Source of the DNA: Octopus sinensis
Lineage: Eukaryota
Direction: 5' to 3'
DNA length: 64,000 bases
Assembly (NCBI RefSeq): GCF_006345805.1
Contig: NC_042997.1
Coordinates: 187,550,001-187,614,000, forward strand
Of this stretch, positions 45,101-57,562 are shown one piece after another. Position 1 is the first letter of the stretch; every line of letters begins with the position of its first letter. Made by a program: the position numbers and the translations under genes. The notes beneath the pieces were generated by a model that did not search any database, was not told the origin of the DNA, and saw nothing but the letters and a program-made list of their open reading frames with translations.

Positions 45101-47035
45101 TCTACACATATCCATATATATACAATATTATACATCCATATATACTGTGTATAAACATTTTGTTTCCATATATATATATATATATTTTAAATCAATATTA
45201 CCCAATCATTTAATAACAATTTTAAGAACTAGAGAATTTAGAAACGGCAAAACAGATATGAAGTAGCTTTGACAAGCCTAATTTAACCCTTGAGATTTTG
45301 AGGTATTCAGACTAGTCCCCACTTCATGCTGAAAATGCAATCATTTGAAAACAGATGAACTCAAATATTTGTTAGACTCTTTCCATCCTTCTGTCCCATG
45401 GTATCTATTACAAAAAACTCAATTTCAAATGTTTATTTTATAAGACTCTTTTCATTGTTTATTCCAGACACTGCTCTTAGAGGGAAATGTTCAACTAGTG
45501 ATTATCAGTAGAGAGAGAGAGAGACGAATGTAGATTCCAGGAGGGAGCTTTCTAAATCATTTTATATTTATTTTTATTTTGTTGTTTTGCTCTAAACCAT
45601 TTCTGTTTATTACTGTATGCTAAAGTCAACCCTATATCTGTAGCCATCACAATCAAATTTACTGACAAAGCTCTTTTGTTCTTCAACTTTTACCTCTTTG
45701 GGTTTATTTCTGATCTTAACTGTATATTGTGACTATTTCCATATATAAATCTCTCTCTCCCTCATATATATACATACATATATATATATATATATACATA
45801 TATATATTTACATAAATGTATGTATGTATTTATATATATGAATGTATATATGTGCACACACATACAGACACATGTATATAAGAATGTGTGTGTGTCTGCG
45901 TGCTTGTAACAGCAGTGAATAATTGCAACTATATGTAAAAAAATAAAAGTTGAGAAAATGATTTTTCAGCTTTTTCAACTTCACAAGAACACCTGTCTAT
46001 GAAAATGCGTGAAACTAAAATCAAATCTTTTGCGCTAGCAAGTATGATTTCTTGCTTTGAAAAAAAAAATAATAATAAAAACAAAAAACAACAAAAACAA
46101 AAGACAAAAAAAATTTTGGATGACCTCATTATACAACGATAACTTGAACTGTAGCCAACCTTTTCAGCTGGTTGAACATGATCAATATTTATAAGGACGC
46201 TTTGTTACACTGTTTTTCTCTCTATCTGATCTGTCATATATATATATATATATATATAAATATAATATATGTATATGTATATATATATACACACACACTC
46301 ACACATACACACACACACACACACCTGTCTCCAAACCATTCCTGGCCTGAGAAAGTGATATCTTTAATTTCTCTCTTTTTCCATTAGGATGATTATTAAA
46401 ACCAATTTCTTTTTCTTCCCTACTTTGAGAGACATGAGGTGGTAGAAAGAGGGTTCAGGGCAAAGGCTGACCAAACCTTAATACCGCATGTTGCAGCTGT
46501 GTTATTGGTTCGAGTTAACACAGACAAAACTGCCGATTTATTGCTGCATAACTACAGCTGTGTTATCATATGGTTATTATGTGTCAAATTTGAAAACAAA
46601 ATAAAACCATTTTAATTTTATCTTGTCTTTTAATCTTAACAGAGCTAAAAAGTTAACTGTGATGTTTTTTCCTCTCTTCATCAGTAAATAGGCAGATGAA
46701 CTCCCAAGACTCTCCTCATTTCATTGACAAAACACTTGGCTCAAGTATAGTGTCAGCATGTCACTTTATTTCATTTTTTTACCTTTTTGTTTAATTATAA
46801 TTACTATTATCTGTCTCCAAACGAAGAGAAATCAATGAATAAATTGCAGTTTATTTGCAGTGAATCTGGGATCAACAAAAAGAAATTCTAAAAGAATGTC
46901 TATCATATAAAACAGATTGTGGGTGGAGAGGCTAGAGCATTTTTTTCTAACTTTCCCTCCTTCCCTTCCCCCATAATTTTTTTTTTTTTTTGAATTTCAT
47001 TTCTCAATTTAATTTTTTTTTTCTGTCTATCCTTG

Positions 47036-47130
47036 AATAAAAACAATGTTTGCTATGATTTTTTTTTTTTAATTTAATAATCTTTGTAATAATTTTTCAA
47101 GAATATTAAATCATTATGGATGTGTCTGTT
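47036..47130 (+). promoter_or_regulatory. Candidate distal polyadenylation signals of the DDR gene
   Basis: AATAAA at 47036-47041 followed by a U-rich tract; ATTAAA at 47105-47110 followed by GU-rich gtgtctgttt. Other hexamers occur earlier, so this is tentative. Confidence 0.25.
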
Positions 47131-49168
47131 TAACACAGCTTTATCTCACTCTCAAACTGTTGATATCTATGGTTTTACTATTACAGTAAAGCAGAAAAAT
47201 TAAACTGGTTTTGTTGTCTTTTTTTTTTTATTTATATATACAAACTTGACTACGATAGCATGACCTGGTCTTTGTAGTGCCTTTAGCAGAGTTTACTCTG
47301 TTGCCAGCATTTGGATCGGATCTCCCAGTTTTCTTCCAACCCATGTTTTGTTTTCTATCTTTTTTTCATTCTTATGCATATTTATACTGAATACTCACAG
47401 CAGCAATTCCATCCAGTTTGGGAGGACCTGAAAAAGGTCATGGACTTCAATACTCCTTTTCCTGGCTAACTTATTGAAGAAACATTTTAATGCTTCATTA
47501 ATTTTAAAAAAAAGCAGAGCACAGCTTTATTTTTAAGGTTTTTGTTGTAATTTTTAAAAACATCAACATATGATTAAGAAAACTTCTGGATTTCCAGTTT
47601 AAGCTGGAAGGATAAGTGGTAACAACTGTAAGCATTTCTTTCCATCCTTTGAGAAATGACAATACCAGCTTCAACTTAGTCAAAAATAGAACTTAAGGAA
47701 AGGCTGCCTTCAGTTGTTAAAAAAAAAGCTGAAAGCTATCAGTTTTAATTAATTAGTTTGGCTGTTCTACCTTTTTTGGGAGTGGGGGGATAGGACTTAT
47801 AAATTTGTAAATGAAACCATTTAGCTCTATAGTGATTTGATATCTTAACAACAAATTATTGGAAAAATATACTTGCACTGCTTTCTCTCTAAATTTTCTA
47901 TTGGCCTTATGTCTAAAGAAGAGGTTAATCATTGGAGTCAACTCAGAAGGACAAAAGATCATAGATAATAGGTTGGATTGGCGTAACTTATTTAGGAATT
48001 CGAAAAGTGTGAAACTTTTTTGAGGTTGAGGCACTATAGGCCCAGAAATAGAATTACACAACAATAATTAGAATTAGTTGTGGTTTAGCCCTTAATTCGG
48101 TAGATCTGTGATCAAAAGTGTAACTATCTAAAAGCTTGCTGTTTTAGGATAGTAAAGTTTTCAGGGAAATTTTACTGCTATTTCTCTATCAGATTGAGTG
48201 ACTGCAGAGATTCACTCTTCAATTTGTAAAAGTGCACAGCACTGCCATAATACAGTTTCTGAAATTTTTCAGTTAAAGGATTTCTTTTAACTCATGGTTT
48301 GTATATTCATTCATGATATATCCTGGCAGGTTCAAATGCAAATATGCTAATCACTGTTGTGTATGTCACAGGAGAACAACTTTTTTATCTATTTATAACA
48401 AACTTGGCTCATTGGTGCAAGGATTCTGGGATGCTTGTATTTTAATATGGTGTGTCTTGTTAGAAGTACTCAGAGTTTTGAGCCTAAACAAAGCATTGGC
48501 TTTGTTTATGAATTTAGCAAATGAATTGTTTGATGGTCACTGCTGATATCTACCCCGTAATTTAAAAAATCCTTATTTGAACTGAGTACAGCAAGATCAG
48601 AAATGATGATCTGCATATTTGTTCTTATTTTATTCTAGCAGATTAGAATGTAAATATGCTAGCCACTATTGTATACATCACTGAACAATTTCTCTTTTAC
48701 AATGAACAATATCTTCATTACTCATTGGTGCAAAGGATCCTGGGATACCCGTGTTTCAATATATTCTATCAGCCAGAAGTAGCCGAACCTTTTGCACTTT
48801 AGCCACTGATTTTGTTTGTTATTTCAGCGATTATTTATTATTTGTTGATCAGCGTTATCTGCCAACTAATAAAAAGTTTTTCCACTGTATCAACAACGTA
48901 AAAAAAAGATGACCGTCTTTAAGAGTAATAAATATGGTAATGCAAAATCTGGAATCAAAAGAAACTGCTATTGGACTGCAGGACAACTGTTCTTCCATTG
49001 CAAAGATCATGGAAGAGTATGATTCTCTCAGCTCCTCCGACAGAGGAACAGAGAAGGGGGGGGGTATCAATTTAAAGGGAGATAAGTGAATGAATGAGTT
49101 GTGTCCCTTGACAAGGGACATTACTCTTGTTCTGTTTCACTGTTATTCTTATCTGAAATTAGATTTTA

Positions 49169-49496
49169 TTCTTTTACTTGTTTCAGTCGCTGGACTGCGG
49201 CCGCACTGGGACACCGCCTTGAAGAATTTTAGTCGAATCGACCCCAGTACATTAAAAATTTTTTTTTAAGCTTGGTGCTTATTCTATTGGCCTCTTTACA
49301 AAACCTTTAAGTTACGAGGACGTAAACACACATATATATACGAAGGGCTTCTTTCAGTTTCTGTCTACCAAATCCACTCACAAGGCTTTGGTCGGCCCGT
49401 GGTTATAGTAGAAGACACTCGTCAAAAGTACCATGCAGTGAGACTGAACCCAGAATTATGTGGCTAGGTAGCTAGCTTCTTACCACATAGCCACTC
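49169..49496 (-). mobile_element. Family B SINE
   Basis: cttttacttgtttcagtc...gggcttctttcagtttctgtctaccaaatccactcacaaggctttgg...ccacatagccactc. Confidence 0.85.
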
Positions 49497-49934
49497 ACAT
49501 TTCAAAATTCAGAGATTTATGGTATTGGTAAACAACTAAAACCATTGATCCAATCCAAGTGTGAAAATGGTAGTCTATATATTGTCATGCTTTTTTACCA
49601 TTTCTCTGATGACAAGTTCAATTGCCCTTCACACTCTTTTTATTCTACTCACATACCACATCTGTCAATAAGAACCATCACAATACTCTTCAATTAATGT
49701 CTGGTAATTTTGTCATCTTTAATTATTTGTACACATGTACAAATTGTCAAAAGTCATCCCATGAGCATAAAGGTCTGCAAAAGAAAAATTAGATTTACGT
49801 TTTCAGAGCATCTTGGTCACTGATCAGAATGGTTACTAAACTAAACATTTCGTTTCAGTTACATTTGATTTGTATTAAAAGTTATTCAAACGAACTGCAG
49901 CTTTGGAAAGAAGAAAAATGGGTAAAATATTTAA

Positions 49935-50284
49935 TACTTTTACTCTTTTACTTGCTTCAGTCATTTGACTGAGGCCATGCTGGAGCACCGCCTTTTAGTC
50001 GAGCAAATCGACCCCAGGACTTAGTCTTTGTAAGCCTAGTACTTATTCTATCGGTCCCTTTTGCTGAACCACTAAGTTATGGGGACGTAAACAGACCACC
50101 ATCGGTTGTCAAGTGATGTGGGGGGGGGCAAACACATACATATATATACATATATACGACAGTCTTCTTTCAGTTTCCATCTACCAAATCCACTCACAAG
50201 GCTTTGGTCGGCCCGAGGCTATAGAAGAAGACACTTGCCCAAAGTGCCACGCAGTGGGACTGAACCCAGAACCATGTGGTTGGT

Positions 50285-50323
<39 letters not shown>

Positions 50324-50494
50324 TATATACGACGGGTTTCTTTCAGTTTCCGTCTGCCAAATCCACTCACAAGGCTTTGGTCAGCCTGAGGCTATAGTAG
50401 AAGACACTTGCCCAAAGTGCCACGCAGTGGGACTGAACCCAGAACCATGTGGTTGGTAAGCAAACTACTTACTGCACAGGCACTCCTACGCCTA
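49935..50494 (-). mobile_element. Family B SINE with an internal ~173-bp tandem duplication
   Basis: Segment cgac...aaccatgtggttggtaagcaaac occurs twice (about 50131-50292 and 50293-50464). Confidence 0.88.
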
Positions 50495-51320
50495 TAATAT
50501 AAAATTTCGATGGTGGGATAGTAGAAGTACTTTCATGTGTATGTGTGTTTTTGTGCACTCTGGGAAAATGACTGATTTTGTTTAAAAGCATAAAACTAAA
50601 AGCTCAGAACTGTCATAGTAGAAGTATAACAACTTAATGGAAGCAGTGAGTCCAAATTTGTATTTTGGAATTGTTTACTGTAGATTTTGATTTGATTCTG
50701 GTGTAATTTAAGTAATGCTCCTAGCACATGTTGAAAGTAAGGTTGTGGTTCAACTCTTGTAAAAAATAAAGCTTAATCAAGTAATTAAAGATGCCAAAAT
50801 TACCAGACATTAATTGAAGAGTACTGTGATGGTTCTTATTGACAGATGTAGTATGTGAGTAGAGTAAAAAGAGTGTAAAGGGCAATTAAACTTGTCATAA
50901 GAGAAATGATAAAAAGCATGACAATATATAGACTACCATTTTCACACTTGTATCTCATTAAGGATGATTTCTTAACTTTGCACAATTTCATACATTTGTA
51001 ACGACTACCCAACCCATGCCAGCATGAATAGTAAATGTTAAATGATGATGATGATGGTGTAATCAGTTTAGTTTAACCAATACAATACTGGTATTTCCTT
51101 CATCCTGTATTTAATAGTAAAGTCAACTACAGCAGGATTTAGACTCAACTATGTAATGAAGCAGAACTAACAGGTTGACATAATCTGGAACTCTACCATT
51201 CTACTACTTTTTTTGTATCTAATTAGTAATACTATATTGAATTGTCTTGTTTAACAGAAAATAGATACAAAAGCAGCTAAATGGTGTGACATCAAACTAC
51301 CATGAAATGAACACAGCTTT

Positions 51321-51665
51321 AGCACCATTCGAGCATGATCGTTGCCAGAGCAGCCAACTGGCTTCCGTACACGTGGCACGTAAAAGGGCACCATTCAACA
51401 TTCAAGTGTGATCGTTACTAATGTCGCTTCACTGGCACATGTAAAAAGATTCGAACGAGGTCATTGCCAGTACCAACTGACTGGCCCCCATGCCGGTGGC
51501 ATGTAAAAAGCACCCACTACACTCTCAGAGTGGTGGGCATCCAGCTGTAGAAACTCTGCCAGATCAAGATTGGAGCCTGGTGCAGCCATCTGGTTCACCA
51601 GCCCTCAGTCAAAATCGTCCAACCCATGCTAGCATGGAAAGCGGACGTTAAACGATGATGATGAT
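51321..51665 (+). mobile_element. Family A repeat with three upstream repeat units
   Basis: Same units, core and (GAT)n tail as 34451-34820. Confidence 0.85.
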
Positions 51666-52038
51666 TACCATTATCAAAATCACTTACATAAACAAATGAT
51701 GGGGAATTACTAACTCTTGGCAGATACTGGAGTTTACTGAGTGAAATTTCAGGTAACACTGTAAATACTGATATATAAAGATCACCAAAATGTTTTGGAT
51801 TCAGATAAGTAATTGTAAAACATGAGTAGCATCTGATCAAGAATTTTCATGTCATAGTTTGTCAAAATCAATGATCTTAGATTTCTACAGCTATGAATTC
51901 TGCGTGGAACTATTCCTTTTTGTTATTCCACTGGGATAATCAGTGGCATAGTACAATAGTTTCTATTCTTCATGATCTCTATTACTAGATCTCATTGAAT
52001 CAGATTATTATGTTTAATGCTTCTTCTAATGACAAACA

Positions 52039-52303
52039 GTGTAGGCACATGGCTTAGTGGTTAGGGTGTCAGTATCATGATCGTAACATTGTGGTTTCGA
52101 TTCCTGGACCAGGCAACGCATTGTGTTCTTGAGCAAAACACTTTATTTCACGTTGCTCCAGTCCACTCAGCTGGCAAAAATGAGTAACGCTGCGATGAAC
52201 TGGCATCCCATCCAGCTGAGGAACACATACACCATTGAAACCAGCAAACCGGGCCCATGAGCCTGGCTAGGTTTTAAAAGAGTGCATTTATATTTATTTT
52301 TTA
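52039..52303 (+). mobile_element. Family D tRNA-headed SINE with 12-bp TSD
   Basis: TGGCTTAGTGGTTAG and GGTTTCGATTCC boxes; TSD TAATGACAAACA at 52027-52038 and 52304-52315. Confidence 0.9.
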
Positions 52304-53317
52304 TAATGACAAACACCTGTGCAATTTTTTCAGATCACTTCCCATCTCTTAATTCAATCTTAAGATTATTCAATTAACCCCATTTCAATTGTTTTCTCAC
52401 AGTTTATTAATACAATTTGCAACATCAAAGCTCCTCTCTATTCTTCCAGTCTAAGTATCTTCAATTTATCTGTTCCATAAATTCATGCTTCAGATTTAAT
52501 GGTATAATTAAAATGAAGTAAGAAACATAACAAAAAGGAAGTTGAATATCAGGTTTACTTTGGTGAGAAATGAATAGAAATGGTAAAGTTTTATGCTTTG
52601 GAAATGAAAATCAGAAATTTTACATTTGTGAAACAAGATGTTCTTGTTATGGGTCCTTTTGCTCTTGGTGTTAAATAAAATACAGCTACATTAAAGTATC
52701 ATTAAGAGACATTTCTGAATAAAATATATGAATGATACAGAAAGCCCTAATGCCCACTAAATCAGAGGAGACAGGAATTATAATCAGCAACTAAGAACAC
52801 AAAGATAAATGTATTTGATAAAGAAGAAACAACTATGCTTGTTTTTGTTGACCAAATGTCAGTGTGTAGTCTTTGATATGATCATATTCTCTGCTGTCTG
52901 ATTCTAGAATTCTTCAGGTCATGTCTGAATGTAGATTTGGCACTAAGCTCAGATATGAATTTAGTGTACAATTTGCTGTCTTTGAAGTCACCATCCCTGT
53001 CTTTTATGATTTAGTCATGGGGAATATACAGGACTTCAAAATTGGATGTACACATTGATTTTTATGTATGCCAATGACCCAAGTTTTCAAAACAATGAAT
53101 TTCTCAATTTGTGGTCTGTCAGGTAAGTCCAATAATATTACTGAAATTATTGATTACTGCCTCAAATTAAATCAAAGCTGTTCTAGCCATAGCATTACCA
53201 GTTTTATTTTTATTTGTTTCTAGGGTTACATTATACAGTGTTCCTTCCATTTTTAAGATGTTAAGTGCAATTTAAAGGAGATTTGGTCGCTATTTCTAGC
53301 TATTTCATATCAGAGAA

Positions 53318-53538
53318 ATCATCATCATCATCATCGTTTAATGTCTGCTTTCTATGCTAGCATGGGTTGGACGGTTTGACTGAGGACTAGCAAACCAAAT
53401 GGCTGCACCAGGCTCCAATCTTGATCTGGCAGAGTTTCTACAGATGGATGCCCTTCCTAATGCCAACCACTCCGAGAGTGTAGTGGGTGCTTTTACATGC
53501 CACCGGCACGGGGGCCAGTCAGATGGTACTGGCAACGA
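53318..53538 (-). mobile_element. Family A repeat, 5'-truncated
   Basis: (CAT)n tail, core gatgcccttcctaatgccaaccactccgagagtgtagtgggtgcttttacatgccaccggcac. Confidence 0.85.
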
Positions 53539-54144
53539 CAACTTTAGTATTTATTGTAAACAATGTTGCCAGGGGATCTTTAGTAAACTAACAGGGAACC
53601 TGAAATTGCACTTTTGCAAGTACATCAGAATAATCATACATTGTTATGGATTGTCCACATGGCTCCATGCTAACATTCATTAAATTGTGCTACCAATATG
53701 TCAGCACTGGTCATGGAGCTGGGGACAGCAGAATGGTTTTGGTTTCAAGAGGATGGCAAATATTTAAAACAATGAGGTTTTCTCTTCTTGCAAAAAAACA
53801 GACAATACAAGCAACATGTAGAGAGTAGCGATACTTGAGTAATTGACCCACAGATATTACAATGAAACAATTGTGATCTGTTGGATATGCAATGTAAGTG
53901 TGATAGACAAATTTAGTGCATATAACTTAAGAGATACAGCATTGTTAGTATAACAATACTCTGAATTAGTGCAGGAAATACTAGTAATTTTATTATACAA
54001 TCAAAACAACAAGGACACACATATACTTCATTTTACTACTACGAGACAATTCTAACCCACTTTACTCAACACCATCACAATTTCAACCAGAATAAAACTG
54101 CACTAAAATTATCTAATTTCAAGAAAAAGTAGCAATAAACACAG

Positions 54145-54335
54145 ATCATCATCATCATCATCGTTTAACGTCCACTTTCCATGCTAGCATGGGTTGGACG
54201 GTTCAACTGGAGTCTGGGAAGCCAGGAGGCTGCACCAGGCCCAGTCTGATCTGGCAGTGTTTCTACAGCTGGATGCCCTTCCTAACGCCAACCACTCCAT
54301 GAGTGTAGTGGGTGCTTTTTACATGCCACCGGCAC
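54145..54335 (-). mobile_element. Family A repeat, 5'-truncated
   Basis: (CAT)n tail and the same core; ends at the first GTGCCGGTGGCA unit. Confidence 0.85.
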
Positions 54336-54759
54336 ACTGCCAGATAACTACCAAAATACCGAGAAATTATTTGACTTTATCTTCATATAATACATTGTTA
54401 TAAGAATGAAACCATGTAAATGAGATTACAATTTCTGTACCATTGTTTATTATTATATTATTAAAAGTTGTAAAAATTAGTTTATATAGAGATTATAACT
54501 AGACTGTGTAATTTTTTTTCTCAAAATGTTGTTTTGATATAATATCAAAGTTTTATAATTTTAAATGCCAATTTCTTTGCACTGACGACAAGAATAGTTA
54601 TTAGAAAGAATATAGTCACTAAAATTAGTCATGATATATCACCAACCGCAAAAGAGATAAAAGTATCTCAGATGAATATAAAATCTCAAAATAGGGCAGG
54701 GTTTGAATTTGATGAGATCCAGTAACTAAACGCTATAAAGTTTTTAAATAACCATTAAG

Positions 54760-54924
54760 TAGGCGTGGGAGTGACAGTGTAGTAAGTAGCTTGCTTATGA
54801 ACCACATGGTTCCGGGTTCAGTCCCACTGTGTGGCACCTTGGGCAAGTGTCTTCTACTATAGCCTCGGGCTGCCAAAAGCCTTGAGAGTGGATTTGGCAG
54901 TTGGAAACTGAAAGAAGCCTGTCG

Positions 54925-54955
<31 letters not shown>

Positions 54956-55160
54956 CTGTGTTTGTCCCCCAAACATCGCTTGACAACCGATGCTGGTGTG
55001 TTTATGTCCCCGTAACTTAGCAGTTCAGCAGAAGAGACTGACAGAATAAGTACTAGGCTTATAAAGAATAAGTCCTGGGGTAGATTTGCTTGACTAAAGG
55101 TGGTGCTCCAGCATGGCCACAGTCACATGACTGAAACAAGTAAAAGAGTAAAGAGAGAGT
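54760..55160 (+). mobile_element. Family B SINE, full length
   Basis: tRNA-like head with ggttccgggttcagtcc, CORE-like ccttgggcaagtgtctt, internal (TA)(TG) tract, tail gtaaaagagtaaagag. Confidence 0.9.
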
Positions 55161-55282
55161 TTGTCTCCAAGAATGACAGCATTGAGTTTTAATCAATATA
55201 CCTAATTCCAATAAAGATACTGGTGTGAACCAATAAACTACAGTAGGATGGCTGACTAACAGCATTAGTAGTTTATATCCCA

Positions 55283-55660
55283 CTAGCAGTATCGCCCAGC
55301 GTTGCTCGGGTTTGTAAGGGAAATAACTATATAAGCATTTTTAGAGAGTTATAGCAAAAAAAATGCATTAAAAATGGAAAAAAAATTATGGTAAATTTTT
55401 TTTTAAATCGTTGACTCATCGTAGACATTTTTAGAGAGTTACTTCCCTTATATAATAGCGAAAAAAATGCATTAAAATGGAAAAAAATGATGGTAATTTT
55501 TTTTTTAAATCGTAGACGCGCGCTAATACCCAGAAGGGCTCGATATGAATCACAACTATAAGGTACCCGGTTTTGGTTAAACTGCACCGCAAAATGTGGG
55601 AGTAGTTTGGAATCTAAATCGTAGGAGACAGACACACAACTTGACTTTTATATATAAAGA
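55283..55660 (-). mobile_element. Non-autonomous Helitron (378 bp) with canonical ends
   Basis: Minus-strand 5' A|TCTTTATATATAAAAG; 3' hairpin CCCGAGCAACGCTGGG (55295-55310), 8 nt, CTAG|T; inserted between A and T without TSD. Confidence 0.88.
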
Positions 55661-56525
55661 TTACTAGAACCGAACTGTCCTTGGTAAAGATACTTAACTC
55701 TTTAATGCCCATCCATTGGTAAAATATATCTCCCTGATGCATGCAGTAGAGCAGCTCTATATACAAGTATGATACAATGTAGCAGTGCTGAGTCCCAGTC
55801 TTTTAAAGAGCTTCACGTAAACCTTAACTCTAATCTTTTCTTACACTAATATAAAACTGTTTCTCAAACATATCAAAGGCATTCATATTTAGTTTAATTT
55901 TTTTGACTTTCTACAACCTACAGGATAATTCTGGTGAGTTTCTATTAAGTACTACTTTCAGTAACAAAGACCTCTCCACTATAGTGTCTCAACAATAATT
56001 ATTCCATGATTATAATCATATATGAACGGAAAAGATAAAAAGAAAACTTTCACAGACGTTGAGTATAAAAATCAATAAATATACAGCACAAAAAAAATTG
56101 CCAGAGTTATCTCCCATGATTGGCAAAAAACTCCTAGCCAAAAACCAGCAAAATTTGATTTTATGTAATGTATTTGAAACTCTCGTTTAGTGGCAGTCTC
56201 CCTCAAACAAATTACCAGATTCTCCACGAGGTTCTGTTATAAACTCGATATTCTAGAAATAGTTGCCAAATTTCCCTTGAATTGCAATTATCTTGAAAAG
56301 AATACATTTGATTGTGTCCTAAATACAGTCTGGGGAAAAATGGAGGTAATTTAACCCTTTCATTATATTTAATATTACTTAGACTATACTTAATAACAGA
56401 GTATTCTTATTTAGGGAATACTCAGTATCTAAACAGCAAAAAACAACAAAAGCTATGCATTCATTTTCTATTCTCTTTCTTTTACTTTTTCACATCGTTC
56501 AATCGATAAGAAAATATCTAGTGAA

Positions 56526-56676
56526 TATCTCACAGAGTGGTTGGCATTAGGAAGGGCATCCAGCTGTAGAAACACTGCTAGATCAGACTGGAGCCTGGTG
56601 CAGCCTCCTGGCTTCCCAGACCCTGGTCGAACCGTCCAACCCGTGCTAGCACAGAAAACGGACGTTAAATGATGAT
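56526..56676 (+). mobile_element. Family A repeat, short 5'-truncated insertion with 16-bp TSD
   Basis: TSD GAAAATATCTAGTGAA at 56510-56525 and 56677-56692. Confidence 0.9.
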
Positions 56677-57174
56677 GAAAATATCTAGTGAAAGATGATT
56701 ATTACCAGCTAAAAGTAAATTCAGATTTAATCTGACATAACGTCTAATTTTTTGAATAGGAAGAGATGAAATACCTGAATATATTACAGGGACTGATATA
56801 AACTATCCCCATAGAGTCTGAACCTAGAATACTGGTGTGCTCTAAAGTATCCAACTTAGCACTGTATTGTATCAGTAATCTTCTCTCTCAGTCATTTTTA
56901 CAACCATTTTTGTACACTTATATGACGTGGATGAACACAGATGCTTACAGTACATGTGTTTGTGAAGTAGTCACAAATCTAAATACTAAACTAGTTTGGC
57001 ATGGCCTCTCTACAGTGTGATTTTTTGATGGGACATGACCATATTACATATTTATCCAATCAGCTATGACTCCTCCCACATTTGGGAGCCTTGTGTGTTT
57101 ATTTAAGAAACCAATAATTATATATCATCATCATCATCAGCTTGCATCTATGGAAAATAAGGGTGATGAAGATA

Positions 57175-57562
57175 TCTTTATATATAAAAGTGAGGTTGTG
57201 TGCTGTCTGTCTCCTACGATTTAGATTCCTAACTACTCCCACATTTTGCGGTGCAGTTTAACCAAAACCGGGTATCTTATAGTTGTGATTCATATCAAGC
57301 CCTTCTGGGTATTAGCACGCGTCTACAATGAGTCTACGATTTAAAAAAAAATTTACCATCAATTTTTCCCATTTTTAATGCATTTTTGGCATATATAAGG
57401 GAAGTAACTCTCTAAACATTTATTATTAAATCTCAGAATGTAAAAAGCTACAGTAACCCCTCCCTCCTTTGTGGTTAGCCATATTGAGTTGGCTATTATA
57501 CTTTACATCTCTAAAAATGCTTATATAGTTATTTCCCTTACAAACCCGAGCGATACTGCTAG
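57175..57562 (+). mobile_element. Non-autonomous Helitron, same family as 55283-55660, terminator hairpin deleted
   Basis: 5' A|TCTTTATATATAAAAG at 57175; 3' acaaacccgagcgatactgCTAG|T lacks the 10 bases caacgctggg. Confidence 0.85.

Noticed and set aside
46494-46566. CAGCTGTGTTAT repeated twice 61 bp apart
   Set aside because: Too short to separate from chance without conservation data.
52039-52110. tRNA genes at the SINE heads (also 13800-13865, 27600-27675, 60121-60195)
   Set aside because: A/B boxes are present but continue into SINE bodies with tails and TSDs; no complete cloverleaf.
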